From positions 73,176-137,175 of the forward strand of contig JAZQDV010000007.1 of NCBI GenBank assembly GCA_045546975.1: a stretch of DNA of 64,000 bases, read 5' to 3'. Made by a program: the position numbers and the translations under genes. This document shows positions 8,197-16,500 of the stretch, piece by piece. Each line of letters starts with the position of its first letter. Within the stretch, counting starts at the first letter, position 1. Below the pieces are notes generated by a model. The model saw nothing but the letters and a program-made list of their open reading frames with translations, made no database searches and was not told the DNA's origin. This stretch comes from Eubacteriales bacterium (GTDB lineage: Bacteria; Bacillota; Clostridia; Oscillospirales; JAAYXM01).

Positions 8197-9039
8197 ATGA
8201 CAAAAGCAATAACACAAGATTTAATTGAAAATTTCAAAAACCATTTAATCGACGAAGAAAAAGCTTCTGCCACTCTGGAAAAATACATCCGCGACATCAA
8301 GGCTTTTTATGTGTGGGTTTCAGGACTTGAAATCAGCAAGCGAACTGTCCTTGACTATAAGGAGTATTTAATTGGTACTTTTGCACCGGCTTCAGTCAAT
8401 TCCATGCTGTCATCTCTCAATGCTTTTTTTCAGTTTAATGACTGGCATGAACTGAAGGTGAAAATGCTGAAAATCCAAAAGCGGATTTTTGTGCAAAAGG
8501 ACAGAGAACTCACAAAGGCAGAATATGTGAGGTTACTCAAAGCCGCAAAAGAAAAAAACAACGAACGACTTTATTTGTTGATGCAAACTATATGCTCAAG
8601 CGGAATACGGGTATCCGAACTAAAATATGTAACGGTTGAATCCTTAAAGTCAAGAAGCGCGACTATTAACAACAAAGGCAAAATGAGAATTGTCCTTTTG
8701 CCCGCAAAGCTTTGCAGTACCCTAATGGAATATGCAAAGAGGCAAAAAATATCAAGCGGGTCCGTCTTTGTTACAAAAACAGGTAACCCGCTTGACAGAA
8801 GCACTATCTGGAAAATGATGAAGGCGCTTTGCATGAGAGCTCAGGTTTCTGAGCGGAAGGTGTTTCCGCATAACCTGAGACACCTTTTCGCGCGTACCTT
8901 TTACACACTCGAAAAAGATATTGTAAGACTTGCAGACATTCTCGGACATTCAAGCGTAAACACTTCACGGATATACACAATGGAAACGGGTGAAATACAC
9001 CGAAAGAAACTTCAAAAACTTGGGCTCTTGCAATTATAA
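8197..9039 (+). CDS. Small tyrosine site-specific recombinase (candidate DNA invertase)
   Basis: 280 aa. N-terminal SAM-like core-binding region. Candidate catalytic residues: R in GIRVSEL, HNLRH, LGH, Y in SRIYT. No arm-binding domain. The stop codon is 2 nt from the left recombination site. Confidence 0.9.
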   Translation: MTKAITQDLIENFKNHLIDEEKASATLEKYIRDIKAFYVWVSGLEISKRTVLDYKEYLIGTFAPASVNSMLSSLNAFFQFNDWHELKVKMLKIQKRIFVQKDRELTKAEYVRLLKAAKEKNNERLYLLMQTICSSGIRVSELKYVTVESLKSRSATINNKGKMRIVLLPAKLCSTLMEYAKRQKISSGSVFVTKTGNPLDRSTIWKMMKALCMRAQVSERKVFPHNLRHLFARTFYTLEKDIVRLADILGHSSVNTSRIYTMETGEIHRKKLQKLGLLQL

Positions 9040-9040
9040 A

Positions 9041-9071
9041 AAGCACCACATAATTGAAATTATGTGGTAAG
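9041..9071. repeat. Left recombination site of the invertible segment (AAGCACCACATAATTGAAATTATGTGGTAAG)
   Basis: Palindromic arms ACCACATAA/TTATGTGGT around the asymmetric core TTGAAA. Its partner at 9304-9334 carries TTTCAA. Confidence 0.8.
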
Positions 9072-9303
9072 ACATAACAAATCAGGCATCAAAGGGAACT
9101 AAATTACCGTATGGCAAACGCAAATTTTTTCAAAAAACGACACAGTATTTAGACCGGTCTTGTTGATTTTGTAAAACCGGTCTGCTCCGTTGTGCCATTT
9201 TTAATGCACATTGATGATTTTTTCATAAAATAATTGCGAATCATTGACAAACCCCCTTCGAGCATATTATAATACGTATGCTCGAATATTATTTTGAAAC
9301 AGA
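9072..9303. other. Invertible DNA segment (inverton) carrying a promoter
   Basis: Bounded by the two 31-bp sites, adjacent to the recombinase gene, and contains the 9244-9273 promoter. Confidence 0.7.
9244..9273 (+). promoter_or_regulatory. Near-consensus sigma-A promoter inside the invertible segment, currently facing tetR and the giant gene
   Basis: TTGACA (9244-9249), 18-nt spacer, TATAAT (9268-9273). The -10 element sits in the loop of the CGAGCATA...TATGCTCG hairpin. Confidence 0.7.
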
Positions 9304-9334
9304 AAGCACCACATAATTTCAATTATGTGGTAAG
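9304..9334. repeat. Right recombination site (AAGCACCACATAATTTCAATTATGTGGTAAG)
   Basis: 29/31 identical to 9041-9071. The only differences turn the central TTGAAA into its reverse complement TTTCAA. Confidence 0.8.
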
Positions 9335-9418
9335 GCTCTTTTTTTTACTTTACACCTGTAACGAGCATTACATAGTATTTATCCGCAGAGATGTGTTGTA
9401 TGAAAGGACTGAATTGAA

Positions 9419-9976
9419 ATGGACAGTTTTGATGAGTTCGACAAAAAGAAAGCAATCATTGCAAAGACCTGGGATTATCTTTTGAAAACCGGCCTCGCGA
9501 ATGCTTCAATAGGAGATTTGTGCAGAGAGACAAAGCTTGCTCAAAGCAGCTTGTATTATTGGTTTGAAAACAAGGACGATATATGGATAAGCGCCGGAAA
9601 GTACGGCACCTCAAAGGTAGTTGACGCACTCCTGGATTTTACTATGAACCACACAAACGATGTCAGCAAGTACTTCGACACTCTTTTAGACGAGGTCGAA
9701 AAGTACAAGTACGAGTTGCGCCTGGCTGTTCAGATTACCACAAGTCCCGTGTTCGGTAATCGTATGCGTGATAAGGCAAAGGATTTCAGGCTGTGGTATG
9801 AGCGCTATGCCGAAAAATTGATGAACATATTTGGCTGTTCCTATCTACAAGCAGAAACCTTTATTTATTCTATCATCGCCTATGTAATTGACTACGCTAT
9901 ATGGGATGATAGAGACAAAACACAAATGCTGCTTGATAATCTTCGCACGAGACTAAGCGACAAGCTCGGCATTTAG
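9419..9976 (+). CDS. TetR/AcrR-family transcriptional regulator
   Basis: 185 aa. N-terminal HTH ASIGDLCRETKLAQSSLYYWFENKDDI. Confidence 0.8.
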   Translation: MDSFDEFDKKKAIIAKTWDYLLKTGLANASIGDLCRETKLAQSSLYYWFENKDDIWISAGKYGTSKVVDALLDFTMNHTNDVSKYFDTLLDEVEKYKYELRLAVQITTSPVFGNRMRDKAKDFRLWYERYAEKLMNIFGCSYLQAETFIYSIIAYVIDYAIWDDRDKTQMLLDNLRTRLSDKLGI

Positions 9977-10003
9977 CAGACTTTTGAGAAAGGACGAAAA
10001 GGA

Positions 10004-10252
10004 TTGATAGAAAATACCTATGGAAGCTGGGAGCTCTTGGCAATAATTTTCGCAGTTCCCCTGCTATTGCTTATATTGCTTGCTTTTGTTGTGAATGTCT
10101 GGCTGCCCTTCATAAGAAACAGACATTACATAAAAAAAGAAATGCACAGATCAGACGGCGGTGAATACAGATACTGGAAGCGAGAGCTTAAACTGCTGTA
10201 TCTGAGGCACATTCCGATAGTCGGATGGTTTTTCCGTGAAAAATACAGATAA
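10004..10252 (+). CDS. Small single-pass membrane protein (TTG start)
   Basis: 82 aa. One clear TM helix (LLAIIFAVPLLLLILLAFVVNVWLPF) and a basic C-terminus. No family recognised. Confidence 0.45.
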   Translation: MIENTYGSWELLAIIFAVPLLLLILLAFVVNVWLPFIRNRHYIKKEMHRSDGGEYRYWKRELKLLYLRHIPIVGWFFREKYR

Positions 10253-10513
10253 ATATTCAGCTTCGGCTGTTTGTTTATATATTAAGGCGGCGAGCAATTT
10301 CCTTACTTTGACAGATGTTGGCAGTAGTTTGAATAAGTACATGCCGCCCGTAAAAAATTGACAACTGCCGCAAGACATCTTGGAGGTGAGGTCATTTATC
10401 CGCACATTATTTTGCAAAAAGAGCAGAGTCAGCAAAATAATATATCCCAGAAACTCTGCCCGAATGCGAAAACGGAATTTTCGCAAAAATCTATTTAAGG
10501 AGGCGTTTTTAAG

Positions 10514-13500
10514 TTGAGACTTAAAAGAATTATGGCTATGTTCCTTTGCTTTGCAATGGTACTTAGCACAATGGGAACAACAGTATTTGCAGAAAATACT
10601 GCTGTTGTTTCAGCCGAGGCAACCGCCGTTTCGGACAATAATCTGTATGTAAATACAGATTACAATTCCGAGACAGAAGGCTACGGCGTAACAAGATTTG
10701 CCAACTATAATGCGGCATATGCATATGCTGTAGCAAACAACACATCTGCAACCATTGTTGTCGAGAAAAACAACAGTATTTCCGGGTTCTGTTTTGATAA
10801 TAACCACAAGAATTATACTAAACTTGCGGTTGTAATTAAAGATGGAGCCACAATGGGTGTATCGCTTTCAAAGTGGGATATGACCTATCCTGTTACTGTA
10901 GAAGCAGGTGGTACTCTCACATGTGCTCGCCCGAAAAATGCCAGTGTCAGCAACATTCACATTAAGAATAAGCTAATCATTGGTACTGAGGGTTCTGATA
11001 AACAAGCATACTGCTATTTCCTAAGCGACAGCTACCAGGATTGTGATATTAGTATCCGTTACAACGGTTCTATTACTGCATACAATGCCGTTATGACCGT
11101 TCAGGATCTTGATGCACAAGGCAGCTTCACTGCAACCGATAGCAATATCACAGTTGACGGTGCATTCGCATCTGCCACTTGGTATGCTACAACGCTTACT
11201 GATTCGGATATGCAGATCAATGGTAACCAGATCAGCGGTGGCCTATCTGATTTTTCCGGTGGAGATAATAATCAACTCGGAAAAGTAACGCTGAACGGTG
11301 ATTCTTCTATTTCGTTTGCTGAAGGCTCAGCAGTTGATGTAGCGGCTACTGTTACTGTAAACGGAAACTCCTACATTACAGCTGACACGCTGACTGTTGA
11401 GAAAAATAAGAAAATTAACGTCAACGGTACATCTTCTGTAAGTGCTCAGACACTTACAAATAACGGTACCATCGCAACTACAAGCGGATCCACGGTAACT
11501 GCCAAAACAGTGAGCGAGGAATCCACCGGCACCGTAACGATTGACGGTGAAGAAGCTGCGTTTGATGAGAGCGGAAACCTTGTTCTCCCCGCTGCACCTG
11601 TCGCAACTGTCGACGGTGTACCTTACACAGAGCTTCAGGCTGCACTCGATGCGGCTGCAGCAGGCGAAGGCAATGTAACAGTTGAGATCCTTGAAAATAT
11701 CAATCTCACAAATGTTGACTGGAATCCCGTAACCGTAAGCGCTCCCAAATATCCTGTTGTTACTGTTAATGGTAACGGCAAGATAATTACAGGTCTGAAT
11801 GATATGCTCTTTGCGGGCACATGGGCTGGTGGCTCCGGCCTTATCATCAACGACCTTACAATTGCGGACTCCGCTATTATTAATGATAAAGACGATACAA
11901 ACGGCAATGTTGGCGTTGGTGCGTTCATTGGATTCCCCCAGGCAAGTGCAACAGTTACTCTCAACAACTGTCATCTTGTTGACTCCCGTGTTGAAGGTGG
12001 TCACTGGACAGGCGGTCTCATAGGTTATGCAGCAGGTTACGCTGGCAATGACGGTCCTGTATTCATGAATTTGACAATCAACGAGTGCTCCGTTACCGGC
12101 TCCACCATTACCGGTAAGGGCTCTGCAGGCGGTATCATCGGTCATGCTACAGGTAATGCTTGGACACAGGTTACCATCACAGATACAACTGTTTCCGGCA
12201 ATACCGTTGCGTCTACAGGTTCTTCTACCAACAAAGCCGGTGCTGTAATCGGTACTATTGGTGCTGCCGGTCAGGCGACAACTGTTAACGGTGTAGAAAA
12301 AACCGGCGGTGTATCCGTTGCAGCAACAGTTAGCGGTAACACTGTAACATCCAGCAGTACAACAATTACAACAATCTACGGTCGTCAGGGCACCGACACA
12401 GGTATGCTCTATGTATCTGGCGGTGAATATGACAATTATCCGATAGAAGAAAATGTTGCTTACGCTGCTCCTATCGAAGGGTATGAAATTGCAGATAATG
12501 GCAATGGTACTTGGGGCATAGCAGAAGAAACTATTCTCTCCGGCGCAGGTACACAGGAAGATCCTTATCTCATTGAAGATATCGATGACTTGACCCTCTT
12601 TAGAGATAACGTAAACAACGGAACAGATTATGACGGTCAGTATGTAAAGTTGATGAGTGATATCGACCTTACAAGCGTCGAAAACTGGATCCCGATTGGT
12701 GCGTATGGTTCACACGCAAACGAGATGACATTCCGCGGTTATTTTGATGGTAACAACAAAACTATCAGCAATCTGACCGTCAATGACACAACAAGCACAG
12801 CTGATATACTTGGCTTGTTCGGTCATATTCATGGCGACGGTATGAAGAATACTTTGGAGCCGTCTGTCAAGAATCTGACATTGACCAATGTAAACATCTC
12901 AAGCACAGACAGCGCTTCAAGAATCGGCGGTCTTGCAGGTAATCCTTACACATGTTATCTCGAGAATGTACATGTCTCAGGAACTATTTCAGGCGGTAAG
13001 TGGACCGGCGGTATCGCAGGTAACTGTTACACAGTATTTGAAAACTGTTCATTTACCGGAACTGTTGACAGTAACAACCAGGCAGGTGGTATTGCCGGCG
13101 CAGGCGATGCTCGTGTATACAACAGCAAGGTCATCGGTGATATTACCGCTACATATTGGGCAGGCGGTATCATCGGTAACGGTCAGGAAGGCGCTTCTGC
13201 TGTAGGCTGTTATGCAAAGGGTACTGTTACTGCTGAAAGCAACTGGTACTTTGGTGTCGGTGGTATTGCCGGTGTTGGCGGACACGGCTACGAAGGCAGT
13301 GTTTATGAAGATAACTACTTCGACGGTGAAGTATATCTCGGAGAAACCAAGGTAAATGCAATCGTTGTCGGTTTTGTAAACGCAGACGGCAACGAAGCAA
13401 TGAATACAGTTGTAGATGGCAACTCATGGAATACTGAATACTATGCAGCAGATACCCCGGTCGTTGTTACAGCTGATGTAACATCAGATATTTCTCCTGA

Positions 13501-16500
13501 GGACTGGGCAGCGTCCGCATCTGAGGAAAAGAGCTCAGTTCGTAACAACAATCTCGTTATGTTGGAAAGCGACATTCAGTATGTAGATGCAACTTCTATG
13601 GATAATGTTACCATTATGAAGTTCTCTGAGGTAACTGAAGAAGAGGTTGAGGTCCAGATCGAGAAAAACAACCTTGTTGCAAAGATAGGTGAAACCGGAT
13701 TCGCATCTCTCGCAGAAGCTATCGTGGCTGCAAATGCTATGACAGGCGATGTCACTGTTGAAATTTACGCTAAGGTTGAATATAACGACGCAACAGCAAG
13801 CCTTACAGGTGCATATGATTCTATCAACTTTGTTGGTAAAACAGAAGATGCTGAAATTTCTATCACCAGAAATGGCTCTAATGGTTACATTTCAGGCGAG
13901 GGCAATGATTGTAAGGTAACATTTACAGACCTTATTCTTTCAAAGCCCGAAGGGCATTACGCAAATGATGCGGGCTTCATGAACATGGCGTTCAGTGTTT
14001 ACAGAGTTGCCTCTGTCAAATATACGAACTGTCAGTTCCCCAACGGTGCATGTGCGGCAGGATGCCCGACTACATATACAAACTGTACTTTTGAAAAATC
14101 TCACGAAAAGTATGCTTTATGGGCATATGGTACAGAGGTTGTAGTTGACGAGTGTACATTCGATGATGACAGAGGTATAAAGATGTATGCTGAGGGCTCT
14201 GCAAAAACAACCGAACTTACAGTTACGAACACGGACTTCTCTAAATTGACATCAAAGCCTGCTATCGTAGCTACACTCGGCCAGAGCATAACTCTTTCAG
14301 GCAATACATATTCTGCCAAGGGTGTTCTCGAGCTTGAGGATAACGGCAGCTCCAACGGTATTGAAATTACTTCCGAGGATGTTGTGACCTGTATCAGTGA
14401 CGCATATCCGGACGGATGCGGTGTTCTTGTTGACGGTGCCATCTATCGTACTGTTGCAGAAGCAGCAGAAGTTGCAGAGGAAGGCAGCACGGTAACACTT
14501 CTTCACAATTCAACAGAAACAGTTGAACTTTCAGAGGGCGTAACCCTTGACAAGAACGGCTTCACTGCTGACGGTGTAACTGTTAAAGTATCTGTTGCCG
14601 CAAAAATCGGTGAGACATATTACGAGACCGTTCAGGCGGCAATCAATGCGGCGCAGAGTGGCGACACCGTTGAAATTCTCCCCGGAGAATATGACCCTAT
14701 CAACATCAGCAGCAAGAATATCACCATTCAGGGTACCGTAGGTGATAACGGTGAATTGCTTACCACCATCAAGGGCGGCAATCCTGCAATTACCGGCCAC
14801 TCTTTTAACGGTACGATTAAGGATCTTAAGATCGTTGATGCATGGAAGGTTATGTATGCAGAACCGGCAGGAAATATAACCGTTGATAATGTTTATGTAA
14901 CCGGTGCTACATACGGTTTCCACCTTGTAGCTTATTCTGAAGGTCTGACATGGACTATCCAGAATAGCTATATGGATTTGCGTTGGGCAAACTCCTTAGG
15001 TGTATACAAAGACGGTGATGCAGAAATCATCATCAAGGGTAACGAATTTGTTTCAACAGATCCGTACTACTCTGATTACGGTGCTCTTCATGTGAATTCG
15101 TTCTTGCCGAATGTAACTGTTGAAGAGAACATTTTCCGTGAAAACGCAAAGATTTACATCGATGCTTCTGTAACGGACACTTCCAACATCAATATTTCCA
15201 AGAACTATCATGCTGACGGTGTTGAAAATGCATTCGCAGATGATACTGACGGCGTGACGGTAAAAATTGATTCGTACTATACCGTAATAGAAGAAGACGG
15301 TACTCTTTCAGGCCTTGTAGAAGTTGTTGATCCCGCCGCAAAAATCGGCGATACAACATACGAAACACTTGCAGCGGCTATCGCGGCTGTCAAGGAAGGC
15401 GAAACAATCACAATGCTTGCTGATACAACTGTTTCAGAGAATGTTACACTTCCTGCAGGCATTACATTTAACGGTAATGGAAAGAAGATCAGCAGAGAAA
15501 ACGGTGCAATTATTTATGCGGGCGGCGAATTGACATTTGAAGGATATACAACTATTGCTAATTTCAATGCCAACGGCAAAACAATTAACATTGGCGAGGG
15601 TGCAACCCTTGAAACAACTGACGGAAGAATGGTTATCGGTCACGGAGCTACATTTAACATTACAGGCTCGATTGCCGATGCGAAAACTGCAGATGTAACA
15701 AATATTACACCTTCCCTCATTGCCCCCGGAGTATCATTCACAGGTGCAGGTGTGAACTTTAATGTAACAAATGCATATGTTAAATTTACAGCTTACTGTT
15801 CTTCAAAAAACAGTAATGCGAGCGGCACATATAACATTAATGTAAATAACAGCATTTGGGAACAGACAGGTTCTTTGGTTTTCTCAGAGCCTACAAACGG
15901 AATGGACCCGACCTTTAACTTCAAAGTTAAAGACAGCGTACTTAACAGCACAAGCCACCTTGTTTTTGCTGTAACAAAGGGCGAAATCGTTTTTGACAAT
16001 TCTGTTGTAAACGAAGGCGTACACAGACAGCTTGAAAACCGCAGCAACCTGACAATTAAGAACGGTTCTGTTGTTTATGCTGCTCACGCAACAAGCTCCA
16101 ACGCAAAGAATCCCGGCACAACTATCGTTGAAAACGCAACTTACATAGCTACCGGTGATTTTAGTGGCTCGGATGTCGGCACAGGCACACTTATTGTTAA
16201 GAAGGGTGCAATTGTGAATATGGGTAAGATTACCAAGGCAAATATCGTTGTTGACGCAACCGATATGGCTGCCGGCGATGTTGTTGGTATCACAGCTAAC
16301 CTGTCCGCCCTTGAAGGTACAATAAGTGTTGTCAATAACAATCTGGACGCTGAAATTGTAGACGGAGCGATTGTTCTTGTTGAAAAACCAGTTGCACAGA
16401 TTGGTGATGAGAAGTTTGCATCGCTCGAAGAGGCATTCAAAGCAGCAACCGATGGATGTACCATCACTTTGATGAGCGACATTACCGTAAGCGAGCTTTG

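Noticed and set aside
8197-9039. The recombinase read as a prophage or ICE integrase marking a large mobile element.
   Set aside because: There are no phage structural, replication or conjugation genes nearby. The protein is short, with no arm-binding domain. Its cognate sites lie in inverted orientation 232 bp apart right next to the gene, so an invertase role fits better.
11327-12145. 272-aa antisense ORF, plus many 60-130-aa ORFs on both strands inside 10514-18346.
   Set aside because: They are completely nested in the 2610-aa gene, which has an RBS, a signal peptide and coherent repeat architecture. The nested ORFs have a low-complexity Cys/Thr/Val-rich composition typical of shadow frames.
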